From the NCBI GenBank assembly GCA_041737595.1, contig JBGSRK010000011.1, positions 75,806-139,805 on the forward strand: a DNA stretch of 64,000 nt, in the 5' to 3' direction. Every line of letters begins with the position of its first letter. Position 1 is the stretch's first letter. The DNA is from Patescibacteria group bacterium. Its GTDB lineage: Bacteria; Patescibacteriota; CPR2; UBA1875. Below, one piece after another: positions 23,403-32,558 of the stretch. The position numbers and the translations under genes are program-made. The notes beneath the pieces were generated by a model that saw nothing but the letters and a program-made list of their open reading frames with translations, made no database searches and was not told the DNA's origin.

Positions 23403-24040
23403 TGGATCCGGCAACTATTAAAGTTATTGCCGCCGCATACTCAATGCGGAAAGAGTTAAAAACAATCTTCTTTACGCTGATTGCTCTTTTAATGATTCCA
23501 GTTGTTGGGGTTATTCTACTTACGCAAGCAGGCATAAACATTATCTCTGACTCTCTTGTTACCCAAGGCAGTAGCCAGACACCCCAGACGGTTAATGTTG
23601 ACATTCATGACCCTAGAACCGGAGCGGTGATCGATAATATCACGGGGCCGGGGATGTGGCCCACTCCGGGAATTGTTACTCTAGAATTTGGACAATCAGA
23701 CCTGCCATATCAAGTTTCCCACACAGGGATTGATATTGCTGATCCAATGGGATAAGTAGGAGCACCGCTTGCAGCCTTTATGGCCGGCAAGGTAACTTAT
23801 GCCGACTCAGACAATTGGGGGTATGGTACTCACGTTATTATTGACCATGGCCACGGTGTTGTTTCGCTATATGGGCATATGGAGTCGCTGAGCGTAACAA
23901 AAGGCCAGCTAGTTGAAGCAGGGACGACAATCGGCCAGGAAGGCTCGACCGGTTGGTCAACTGGACCCCACGTTCATTTTCAAATCACAGTATTTAGTAT
24001 TCCAGTTAACCCGAGGGTATTTCTGGCTGGGAATCCTTAA
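23402..24040 (+). pseudogene. M23 peptidase with in-frame TAA at 23753-23755
   Basis: HTGIDIA motif upstream of the stop; YGH and STGPHVHF in the same frame downstream. Confidence 0.85.
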
Positions 24041-24081
24041 GGGTCTGATATAATCTTTAAGAGCAGGCAGCCACAAAAGTA

Positions 24082-24110
24082 TTGACAAAAGGCAATAAAC
24101 CATGATATAG
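24082..24110 (+). promoter_or_regulatory. promoter of DGR target gene
   Basis: TTGACA-17bp-TATAGT. Confidence 0.6.
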
Positions 24111-24250
24111 TAGCTTGTTATTGTACCTTGTAAATAAATTAGAACTACTCACTATTGGGGTGGCAAAGAGTTTATGAATTTCGTAATTTCTTTGCTGCTC
24201 CAATAAGGGAGCACCGCCGGGAGGCGGATTTGATCGAAAGGGGAGCACCC

Positions 24251-24934
24251 ATGAATGGGAACACCCCGGATCGCAAGTTGCTGAAGCAGATCAATGGGAT
24301 TCAGTCCCGGGTGGGCAGTGCCCTCCTGAACACTGATCTCACCGCAGAGGAGGTCGCGACCTTCCCGGTCAAGAACCTCGGCGAGATTACCGCGGAAGCT
24401 GCCATGTTCATCGTTGCCCGCATCCGTGGTATAGAGCCCGGTCAGCAGGCCAACGCAGTCATCCAGAAGAACCCCGACGGATCTATCAGTGTCGTGAAGA
24501 CCGTTCGCGGTCGCTCCGATGAGGACCTCGTTGCTAGGGTCAAGGAAATGGGCTGGAATTACATCAACCCAGCCATCCGTACTGAGCGTCGCATCAAGGT
24601 CTCAGGCAAGCCCGAGATCGAGACTGGCTCTGAGCGGACTCTGACGATCGAGCAGGTTGTGCCCCAGGATTCGACTTGGAAGTTCAAGAAAGCGGTGGCC
24701 GCTACAAGGCCCACGCCTCTTGGCTTCGACCTCGAGGACATGGTCGACATGCTCGAGCACCGCGACGAACTACTAGCCCTCGGTGTTCGCTGGATCGTTG
24801 CACCTGCTGCGCGTTTCCGTAACGGCAATGGCCACGGGTGCGTCGTCTACGCGAACCTCGAGGACCGCAAGCTCTGCCTGTTTTGGGTCGGGAGCGACTG
24901 GGACGACAACGATTGGTTCGGCTCCAGCAAGTAG
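24251..24934 (+). CDS. DGR target protein (variable region at C-terminus)
   Basis: 3' end is VR; ggggag RBS before ATG 24251; GC-rich. Confidence 0.9.
   Translation: MNGNTPDRKLLKQINGIQSRVGSALLNTDLTAEEVATFPVKNLGEITAEAAMFIVARIRGIEPGQQANAVIQKNPDGSISVVKTVRGRSDEDLVARVKEMGWNYINPAIRTERRIKVSGKPEIETGSERTLTIEQVVPQDSTWKFKKAVAATRPTPLGFDLEDMVDMLEHRDELLALGVRWIVAPAARFRNGNGHGCVVYANLEDRKLCLFWVGSDWDDNDWFGSSK
24805..24930 (+). repeat. DGR variable repeat (VR)
   Basis: 126-bp ungapped match to 25311-25436 with 11 mismatches, all at TR adenines. Confidence 0.95.
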
Positions 24935-24980
24935 CTCTTTGCACCTTGGGGTCTTTGTACTTCTTAGTACTTGGACCCTT

Positions 24981-24997
24981 GTCCCGCGAAGCGGGAC
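24981..24997 (+). promoter_or_regulatory. DGR cis-acting hairpin downstream of VR
   Basis: GTCCCGC-GAA-GCGGGAC, 7-bp stem with GRA loop. Confidence 0.75.
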
Positions 24998-25310
24998 TCG
25001 ACGCACATTTTGCGTCACCATCTCTGCCTCTGGGCCGGTCAATCCGGCTCGGGGGCTTCTTCTTTTGTGGATAAAATGTTAGTCTTAAAGCGGAAAGTAA
25101 ATTAATATGCTTGCGGTCACGGCTACAAGCGATTGAAATCTGGGATAACAAACTCCGGAATGGCGATAGATACGTCTTTTGCTAGTGTGAGCTGTTACTC
25201 TCTAATAGATAAAGATACTTGGTGCAAGATACTGGTGGGAAATCCCCCAGATAAAATACAGCCCAGAGAGAATTCAATGGGCAGTGGAACAGATGGTATT
25301 TTGTGCAATT

Positions 25311-25436
25311 TGCTGCGCGTTTCCGTAACGACAATGGCAACGAGTGCGTCGTCTACGCGAACCTCGAGAACCGCAAGCTCAACCTGAATTGGGTCGAGAA
25401 CGACTGGAACGACAACGATTGGTTCGGCTCCAGCAA
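25311..25436 (+). ncRNA. DGR template repeat (TR)
   Basis: A-rich copy of VR with ten AAC/AAT codons in the target frame. Confidence 0.95.
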
Positions 25437-25442
25437 CTATCT

Positions 25443-25841
25443 TTATTTAAGGGGTGGGGCTAGACAGGTTTTTATCTGTTTGGCCCAGCCACCGAGCATG
25501 CGTCCGACTTCATCTAGTTGCTCCGAGATGGCAGCATATTTTTTGTTATCTAACGCCTTTATTTCCCAAGCAATCCTTAGAAAAAACTTCACAAGGTCAA
25601 GTTTAACCCCTGCTTCAAATACTTGTTCGTATTTTTGATCTCCTCTCAAGTGAGAAGCGTTAAAGGTTAATTCGATTACTATGAGAAGCGCCGAATCGAT
25701 ATTTGCTCCAAGCGAGTACCTTGAGGTTTTAGGAAAGTTAACAAGAAGTTCTTGCCACGATTTGTATGCCTTAACTTGTTTTTGAATTACTGGGAGATCT
25801 ATGCTGGAATTTGTTTTTTCCTTATGAAAATTGCTTTGCAT
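25443..25841 (-). CDS. avd: DGR accessory variability determinant (four-helix bundle)
   Basis: FPKTSRYSLG, LDLVKFFLRIAWE, EVGRMLGGW; lies between TR and RT. Confidence 0.85.
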   Translation of the reverse strand: MQSNFHKEKTNSSIDLPVIQKQVKAYKSWQELLVNFPKTSRYSLGANIDSALLIVIELTFNASHLRGDQKYEQVFEAGVKLDLVKFFLRIAWEIKALDNKKYAAISEQLDEVGRMLGGWAKQIKTCLAPPLK

Positions 25842-26831
25842 GATATTTACTCCAAAGTTATAAGTGTTGATAATCTCCTTGAGGCGTGGAAGGAATTTCG
25901 AGTTCGCAAGTCAAACAAACCGGATGTGCAAGAGTTTGAAGTCAAACTGATAGATGATATTTTAGCATTGCATCGGTCTTTAATGCAAAGTAGATATAAG
26001 CATGGCGGGTACAAAGAATTTGTCATACACGATCCAAAGCAAAGGTTAATTCACAAAGCTATCGTGCGCGACCGGCTACTGCATCACGCTGTTTTTCGAG
26101 TTTTGTATCCATTTTTTGATAAAACATTTATTTGCGATTCATACTCATCAAGAAAAGGCAAAGGCACACATAAGGCCGTTCAGAGATTCAGGGTATTTAT
26201 TAACAAGGTCAGCATTAACAACACTAAAACATGTTGGGTCTTAAAATGTGATATCAAGAAGTTCTTTGCTAGTATTGATCATTCAGTTTTGATTGAAATA
26301 CTCAAAGGTTACATTGATGACGACAAAACCATGCGCTTGCTCACCGAAATTATCTCCAGCTATAACTCCGCGGAAAATATCGGACTACCCCTAGGTAATC
26401 TAACGTCTCAGTTGCTTGTGAATATTTACATGAATGAGTTCGATCAATTTATGAAGCATAAGATGAAGGTAAAATATTATGTCCGTTATGCTGACGATTT
26501 TGTTATTTTGTCTGATGATGAGGATTATTTGCTACAACTTAAACAAACCATCGGGAACTTCTTAGGGATGCATCTAATGCTTGAGCTTCACCCAAAGAAA
26601 ACCGTAATCAGAACCGTTGCTTCAGGTGTTGATTTTCTGGGCTATGTTGTTTTTCCAAAATTTATAGTACTTAGAACGGAGACAAAAAGACGAATGCTAA
26701 AGAAGGTCTCAAAACGGAATATAGACTCTTACCACGGAATCATGAAGCATTGTAACGGATACGGCTTAGAGCAAAAAGTCAGAAAGATTGTGGATAATCA
26801 AGAACTCCAAGAGAGAGGCCCAAAGACGTAA
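25824..26831 (+). CDS. DGR reverse transcriptase
   Basis: DRLLHHA, KCDIKKFFASIDH, GLPLGNLTSQ (DGR-type), RYADD, GVDFLGY; probable start ATG 25824. Confidence 0.95.
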   Translation: MKIALHDIYSKVISVDNLLEAWKEFRVRKSNKPDVQEFEVKLIDDILALHRSLMQSRYKHGGYKEFVIHDPKQRLIHKAIVRDRLLHHAVFRVLYPFFDKTFICDSYSSRKGKGTHKAVQRFRVFINKVSINNTKTCWVLKCDIKKFFASIDHSVLIEILKGYIDDDKTMRLLTEIISSYNSAENIGLPLGNLTSQLLVNIYMNEFDQFMKHKMKVKYYVRYADDFVILSDDEDYLLQLKQTIGNFLGMHLMLELHPKKTVIRTVASGVDFLGYVVFPKFIVLRTETKRRMLKKVSKRNIDSYHGIMKHCNGYGLEQKVRKIVDNQELQERGPKT

Positions 26832-26852
26832 AAGCGGTACCGTGGAACAACG

Positions 26853-27215
26853 TTACTGATCGATTAGGCCTTTAATCTCGTCGTTGATTCTAACCTTCTC
26901 AAGCATGATTGCCGTAAGCAATGACTTTTCTGCTTCAAGGTAGGCCTGTTTCATGGTTACGTCTTTACCGCACTTCTTCTCAAGGAATTCTTGTGCCTCT
27001 TTCGCCATATTTCTAGTAACGCCATTCTTTTCGTACTCTTTCTCGACTGTAAGCCAATATCCTAATCCGTTTCTTAAAGTAGCGTACTTAACCGCATCAG
27101 TTTTTGTTAGTTCCTTGCCGAACTTTACCTTAAACTCGTTTGTCGCTTTTACGATTTCTTCTTCGGTCGGTTTGGGTAATTGAGGTTTTAAATTTGTAAT
27201 TTCTTGTTCTTTCAT
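26853..27215 (-). CDS. hypothetical protein with internal duplication
   Basis: EFKVKFGKELT / EFLEKKCGKDVT repeats. Confidence 0.6.
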   Translation of the reverse strand: MKEQEITNLKPQLPKPTEEEIVKATNEFKVKFGKELTKTDAVKYATLRNGLGYWLTVEKEYEKNGVTRNMAKEAQEFLEKKCGKDVTMKQAYLEAEKSLLTAIMLEKVRINDEIKGLIDQ

Positions 27216-27224
27216 GACTCTTCC

Positions 27225-27857
27225 TTACCTTAATATTACATCCACAATATTAAACACAGCCAGAATACTTTTCAACAGTACTATCATAACTTGAAAAATA
27301 GCCGTAAGCGACCATCTAATAGCAAAAGCTACTGGTTCAATCAGAAATATTTTGATCTTTTGTCTGAAATCTAGTTTTAGATTATGAGGTTGGCTCATGA
27401 GTTTGTATCCGTTTATCAGTTTTTGATTCAGAGTTAAGTTTGACAAAACTTGAGCAGTGAAATCCTCGTCTGCTATCCTTATCATAAGTTCCTTACTTCT
27501 TTTTTGGGAAAGAATGTTGAGACTACCTTCCCAAAGGATTTTACGATCTATCATGGCCACTTTTTCATGAATGGAACCGTCGATATATGTAATGTGAGCT
27601 CCAAGTTTTTTGTAAATCTGAATTGCTGTTCTGATCTCATCTTGAACATATTCTTCATGTTCTAAAACTGGGCGAGTGAATATAAAGACATGGACATTTT
27701 TCCGTTTAAGTTTAAGTAGGGCCCTCCTAAAGAAATCAGCCCTATATTGACTTATAAAGGGACTATAAATAATAACTTCTTTTTCGGCATTTAACATATC
27801 TTTAATCAAAGCGGGGTAAAAAGTAACTTCGTTATATAGGGTGCTTGTTTGATCCAT
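27225..27857 (-). CDS. phospholipase D-like (single HKD) domain protein
   Basis: IYSPFI, HEKVAMID...GSLN. Confidence 0.8.
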   Translation of the reverse strand: MDQTSTLYNEVTFYPALIKDMLNAEKEVIIYSPFISQYRADFFRRALLKLKRKNVHVFIFTRPVLEHEEYVQDEIRTAIQIYKKLGAHITYIDGSIHEKVAMIDRKILWEGSLNILSQKRSKELMIRIADEDFTAQVLSNLTLNQKLINGYKLMSQPHNLKLDFRQKIKIFLIEPVAFAIRWSLTAIFQVMIVLLKSILAVFNIVDVILR

Positions 27858-27908
27858 GTTTTCTCCTTTGTTTATTTAATCTAGAAGTTTTTATTATAAT
27901 TTGATAGA

Positions 27909-28136
27909 ATGATGCTTGTTATGGTAAGTAAAGATGAAAAACCTTTTATAAAACTTGGGAACCAGCTCAAGAAGGCGAGAGAAGACGCTATGCTTAGTCA
28001 ATCCGAGCTAGCGAAGAAATCCGGAGTAAGTCCTAATTACTACGCCGTAGTTGAGCGAGGTGAGGGTAATCTCTCTTATGAAAAACTACAGCGTATTCTA
28101 AAGGTACTTAAAATTAAATCACTTGACGTCAATTAA
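27909..28136 (+). CDS. XRE family HTH regulator
   Basis: LSQSELAKKSGVSPNYYAVVERGE. Confidence 0.9.
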   Translation: MMLVMVSKDEKPFIKLGNQLKKAREDAMLSQSELAKKSGVSPNYYAVVERGEGNLSYEKLQRILKVLKIKSLDVN

Positions 28137-28141
28137 TCGTC

Positions 28142-29758
28142 TTAGCAATCTGGGTTATCTAGAGAATCGTAAATAATCCTTAATTTTGGCTCCCACTCTA
28201 GAGCAATTTTGACAAAGGTGTTCCAATATTTCTGGTTACGGTCCACCATAGAAAATTTATTCAGCCCGATGTCCCTGTTTATCGCATAGATAAGCCCTAA
28301 AGTGAAGGTTCCAAAACCTTCGCTTTTTTGGTAGGAAATTCCGTTTGGAAATACTAACTTTTGGAACCGAGGCTTGATAACATCTGGCATATCTTGCCAT
28401 TGTCTTCCCATATCTGTAATAAACTGTCTGGCATAGTCTAGTGCTGTTTCTAGGTCATATTGTTCAATGCGAGCTTCGCTTAGAGATACCTTGGTAGCAA
28501 CGATTTCATTCTCAACCTCGGCTTTTCTCTCTAGGAATTCTTCCTTATCGTAAGAACCATCTTCCCGCATCTCTTTTACTCGCTTAAGCTTGGCCTTAAG
28601 CCCCTCTAGAGCTTTCTCCACCCTTTCTGCTTCCTGCTCGTAGCTTTTACCCTTTTCTTTCCATACGTCAAGCACAGTGGCTTTGAATAGATTTAGGAAC
28701 TTATCGTTTGGGGTAATTTCTGCAAGCAGCTCAATAAAGTCTTTTTCAAGCTCATCCTTCTTAATTGATTTGCCGTAGAGTGCGCAACTCTTGGTATAGC
28801 AGTGATAGTTTGAATAGATTCCCCCGTGACCACGTGAATTACTTCCCGTTAATGGCTTACCACATTCTGAGCAAAGAACGGTCTTTCTCAGAGAGAATTG
28901 AGGATTGTAACGCTGTCTCTTCGCCTGTACTCTATTCCCGCTTAATATGTAGTTGATTGTATCCATTTCATCTTTTGTTATCATCGGTTTATGTTTTCCA
29001 CGTATCTCCTCACCAGTCCACGGGTTTACGATTATACCTGCATAAAAATGCAAACTTTTATGAAGAATCCGATAGGCAAGGGAGGAAGTGGCTTCTTTAC
29101 CATTAATAGATTTGTAACCAAGACTGTTAAGCTTTCTCGCTATCTCAGATTGAGAATAGATTCCTTTAGCAAATTCCTTCAAAGCAGTTTGTATAATCGG
29201 GAACAGTTCTTTATCAGGTGGTGATGGCATTGTCATCTTTTCACCGTGTTTTTTAGCGTTTAGGCACCTGTATCCTAATGGTGGCTTCCACGGGTATAGT
29301 CCTTGGTTAATCCTTGAACTCATCCCTTCACTACACATCTTTTTCCGAATACCATTATCGTATTCAGCAATTGCGGCTAAAACAGCCTCCATTAGTTTTC
29401 CGCTGGTGCTGTCATCAATCATTGGCTCTTCTACACAGTGAAGGGTTATCCCATAACCAGTTAGAATTTTCTTCACTGCATAGTGGTCTTCTAAATTACG
29501 AGCGAATCTGTTCACGCGTAGAACAGTGAAGACATCAATAGTATCTTTGTTCTTTCTACAAAATTCTAGGGCTTCTAGAAAGGCTTCTCTGTTATTCTTA
29601 TCTAAGCTCTTTGCGCTTTCGCCTTTTTCAATAAAAACTTTTATTACATCAATATTCTTCTGCTTACAATAACGCCTGCAGTAATCCTCTTGGTGCTCTA
29701 GGCTAGTGCCTTTGACTTGTTCGCCAGAGCTGACTCTTGTGTAAATTATACCTTTCAT
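28142..29758 (-). CDS. large serine recombinase
   Basis: YTRVSS, RVNRFARN, PPLGY, CSECG Zn ribbon, coiled coil. Confidence 0.95.
   Translation of the reverse strand: MKGIIYTRVSSGEQVKGTSLEHQEDYCRRYCKQKNIDVIKVFIEKGESAKSLDKNNREAFLEALEFCRKNKDTIDVFTVLRVNRFARNLEDHYAVKKILTGYGITLHCVEEPMIDDSTSGKLMEAVLAAIAEYDNGIRKKMCSEGMSSRINQGLYPWKPPLGYRCLNAKKHGEKMTMPSPPDKELFPIIQTALKEFAKGIYSQSEIARKLNSLGYKSINGKEATSSLAYRILHKSLHFYAGIIVNPWTGEEIRGKHKPMITKDEMDTINYILSGNRVQAKRQRYNPQFSLRKTVLCSECGKPLTGSNSRGHGGIYSNYHCYTKSCALYGKSIKKDELEKDFIELLAEITPNDKFLNLFKATVLDVWKEKGKSYEQEAERVEKALEGLKAKLKRVKEMREDGSYDKEEFLERKAEVENEIVATKVSLSEARIEQYDLETALDYARQFITDMGRQWQDMPDVIKPRFQKLVFPNGISYQKSEGFGTFTLGLIYAINRDIGLNKFSMVDRNQKYWNTFVKIALEWEPKLRIIYDSLDNPDC
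28241..28250 (+). repeat. att core copy 2 (junction of elements 1 and 2)
   Basis: GTCCACCATA (preceded by G, as in the tRNA). Confidence 0.85.
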
Positions 29759-29873
29759 ATTTTCTCCTTAAATCAAATGGGGACAACCCTGCTGTACACA
29801 GACCCTTGCGGATACTGAACAGGATTGCCCCCAAATGGCAATATCCGCAATATGAATCTGTGTACGCTTTAAA

Positions 29874-30596
29874 TTATAACACATTTATGCCTAGTTTCTT
29901 CATTCGTTTTTGTAGAATGTTAAGTTCATCCATCATCTCTTCTGGAGATTTTTCAACAGGTCTGTTATAACGAATTCTTGCTTTTGTAATTTTGAGTAAA
30001 TCCTCTAGGGTATTAGATAGAGCCTTCAGTCTTTTCCCAGTGAAATCTTCTCCCTCAAGTTCATTAACGAAACCAAAGTCCGTAATTTCATTTATTCTTT
30101 CTAACTCGTTGAGGCTTAAAGCGTCAACGGAGGGTATTGTCGGGCTAGTTGTATCCATTTCTATTGCTTTTAGGTATTTAGTTATGCCTTCTGTTGATTT
30201 CTTCATAGCTTCTTGATGAGAAATAGCAAGTAGTATACTCATCTCACGGCGTGCATTATGGTTATAAAGAACATTTAGCGAATACATTAATTCGGGTAAG
30301 TTTTTTTGATTAATTTGTTTGATTGAAGACTCCAACGCTTCTAGTACCAGTTTGTCTTCGCGTTCTGCTTCTTGGTACTGCCACTTAATTTCAGTAAGGT
30401 CAGTTGAAACGCAATAGATGGCAAAACGAATCTGGCACAAGGCAAGTTGTTGCTCTATAGGCATTTTTACAATATAGAGTTCTTCATTTCCTCTTGTCGT
30501 TCTGTTCATTGCAAGATTAAGTATGAAGATGGCTTTTTCTTCAAAAGACATAAAGTCAAAAATGTTGTTAATCTTCTTGTCGTCTTTGGATTGCAT
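29874..30596 (-). CDS. hypothetical protein
   Basis: 240-aa ORF in the recombinase operon. Confidence 0.6.
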   Translation of the reverse strand: MQSKDDKKINNIFDFMSFEEKAIFILNLAMNRTTRGNEELYIVKMPIEQQLALCQIRFAIYCVSTDLTEIKWQYQEAEREDKLVLEALESSIKQINQKNLPELMYSLNVLYNHNARREMSILLAISHQEAMKKSTEGITKYLKAIEMDTTSPTIPSVDALSLNELERINEITDFGFVNELEGEDFTGKRLKALSNTLEDLLKITKARIRYNRPVEKSPEEMMDELNILQKRMKKLGINVL

Positions 30597-30942
30597 TTGT
30601 AATCTCCTCTAATTTAATTTCTATTTGTGATTCCTTTATTGAGGCAAGCATTATATTTGCTAGATAGCCTATGGTATTTGCCTCCTTAGGAGACAGCTCA
30701 CCTTGTCTAATTTCATTGATGCACCTGTTCAGGAGCCTTGTAACGTCTTTTGAGTTACTAACATTGATGCTATCCTGCTCAACTCGGGGCTTCTTTATTT
30801 GTTGCCCGCCTTTTCTTACGGCTTCATATTTTTTATCGCTTAATTCTGGCTCGTGTGAAAAGCAGTAATCATACCCATTTACGGCGTAGGCACAGCATTT
30901 TTGACCATTCGGTTTAATATATTCACAGTGCTTACTCATCAC
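30568..30942 (-). CDS. hypothetical protein with N-terminal C3H zinc finger
   Basis: CEYIKPNGQKCCAYAVNGYDYCFSH. Confidence 0.6.
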   Translation of the reverse strand: MMSKHCEYIKPNGQKCCAYAVNGYDYCFSHEPELSDKKYEAVRKGGQQIKKPRVEQDSINVSNSKDVTRLLNRCINEIRQGELSPKEANTIGYLANIMLASIKESQIEIKLEEITNAIQRRQED

Positions 30943-31114
30943 GGCCTCCCTTATCTAGTAAGTAAAGCTTATGGGGGGTTCCTTGTTTTTCTGCCAGCCA
31001 CTTTTCAAAGATAATGTCTACTAATGAACGAACTGAATCTCTAAGAATCTCTGCATCCCCATCAGATATGGAGGAGTCCCCCAATAATCGTTTTGTTCGC
31101 TCAAGACTAATCAT
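30932..31114 (-). CDS. small protein resembling 14779-14991
   Basis: ISLERTKRLLG-SISD..AEILR versus ISVEECKEYLG-NLSD..VAEIR. Confidence 0.55.
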   Translation of the reverse strand: MISLERTKRLLGDSSISDGDAEILRDSVRSLVDIIFEKWLAEKQGTPHKLYLLDKGGRDE

Positions 31115-31116
31115 TA

Positions 31117-31263
31117 TTATTTACCTATCTGTTCCTCAATAATCTCTTCAAGTAAAAATTTGACGCTTACCCCCTTCTCTGCTGAAGCTAGCTTCATTTT
31201 TTTATGTAGTTCAGAATTGATTCTTACTTGTTTTGATGTTGTTTTGTAAACTTGTCGCTTCAT
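31117..31263 (-). CDS. ribbon-helix-helix type small regulator (48 aa)
   Basis: Translated by hand: KQVRINSELHKKMKLASAEKGVSVKFLLEEII; aggagag RBS. Confidence 0.6.
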   Translation of the reverse strand: MKRQVYKTTSKQVRINSELHKKMKLASAEKGVSVKFLLEEIIEEQIGK

Positions 31264-31544
31264 AATTCTCTCCTTTCAGCCTTAGTATCCTCTCCCTCCC
31301 ACCAGCCGTTTTCCTTCCTCTGAGCAGTAGACTTCACTTAGTGTGTTTATCTACTGGCCTGCTCGTCGTTAAGGTATCCGTGTGGACTTATAGGTCGGGC
31401 TAGCAATCCTGATATATTTCTTTTAAGTCGCATATCACACTTGCTAGTAGTATCTTCCACGACTGTAATTATTATAAAACGAAAAAAATCACCTTAAATT
31501 CTAGGATTCAAGGTGACAGTTAAACTATATTTTATGAAGCGAGA

Positions 31545-32480
31545 TTATTTACCAATTAATCTTTTTCTGATAGCTGATTTAGTAACTCCTGTTTTCTTTC
31601 CAACCATTTCGTATATTTCGGCTTTGCTTCTATACTCACCACTATTGCTAGAGCTAGTCTTTAGCTCACTGAACATCTGGGTTGTTTTTTCTGCCTTGTT
31701 TCTGTCTTTGTAATCACGCTTGACAGCACCTCTTAAGAAGCCCTGAAATCTATCAAGGTTAGAGTCAACTAGGTCCATTATTTCTGATTTAGTTGTATCT
31801 TTATCAAAGACAATGCTACATTCCCAAGAAGCATCGTCATCGCTCCAATTTAATCTAAGGGACGTGCTATTGTTTGCTGGTACTAGTCGATTAAAAAGAA
31901 TCAGCTCAATGATTGCTTTTTTATATCTGTTGGGTAGGTCCCATCTTCTAAGAACGCTGTAAGCCACGGAACCTATTTCCTTATTTGCCTTTGCGATTGC
32001 CCCACCACGGTGAAGTGCCAGCTCTTTTGCCTCTTTGTAATCATTCATAAACCTGCCTATAAACCATTTTTCAAACGCGGGACTTATAGGGTTTTCTTGA
32101 GAAGAATTCAAGAAAATGTAATCAATCGTATATTGAAACTTCTCTGGCAGGTCATTTGATAGAGCAAACCCTGTATTTGGTCTAGGCATTCCAAGCGCTT
32201 TTCTTGCCTCAATCATTGTATTTTTATCTTGTGTAGACAGCTTGTTATGAGCTAGGTCTTTTGCTCTTTCTTTGTAGGGGTAGCTTCCTTTTGATGTTAG
32301 CAATGGCACAACATTATCGGTCAGCATTCTTTTGAAAACGTTTAACTCCCCAATCATATAGTAATCTTTTTCAAAACCAAAGGTTTCCAGTGTCTTTCGA
32401 GTAAAATTACCATTCTCTTGACGATAATCCTCAAAGATACCTGACCTGTTAAGTTGTTCAATAAATCCATTTATATCCAT
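31545..32480 (-). CDS. hypothetical protein with possible C-terminal HTH
   Basis: 311 aa ending VGKKTGVTKSAIRKRL. Confidence 0.6.
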   Translation of the reverse strand: MDINGFIEQLNRSGIFEDYRQENGNFTRKTLETFGFEKDYYMIGELNVFKRMLTDNVVPLLTSKGSYPYKERAKDLAHNKLSTQDKNTMIEARKALGMPRPNTGFALSNDLPEKFQYTIDYIFLNSSQENPISPAFEKWFIGRFMNDYKEAKELALHRGGAIAKANKEIGSVAYSVLRRWDLPNRYKKAIIELILFNRLVPANNSTSLRLNWSDDDASWECSIVFDKDTTKSEIMDLVDSNLDRFQGFLRGAVKRDYKDRNKAEKTTQMFSELKTSSSNSGEYRSKAEIYEMVGKKTGVTKSAIRKRLIGK

Positions 32481-32558
32481 AATTATATTCTAATCCTATA
32501 GGTGTATGTGTGACAAGTCGCTTTGTACACTATCATTTAAGGAGCAAAATGGTTTATA

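Larger units (their letters stand above)
13257..28250. mobile_element. Element 1: degenerate integrative conjugative element carrying a DGR
   Basis: Bounded by GTCCACCATA repeats; serine recombinase at left end, coupling protein, replication-relaxation protein, VirB4 fragment; higher GC than host. Confidence 0.85.

Noticed and set aside
24559-25387. Overlapping alternative-frame ORFs around the DGR target
   Set aside because: By-product of locally high GC; no RBS or motifs.
25303-25638. ORF resembling the target C-terminus
   Set aside because: It is TR read in frame, running antisense to avd; not a second target gene.
25824-26831. RT as group II intron, retron or Abi RT
   Set aside because: TR/VR pair, avd and the GxxxSQ motif identify a DGR; no intron RNA evident.
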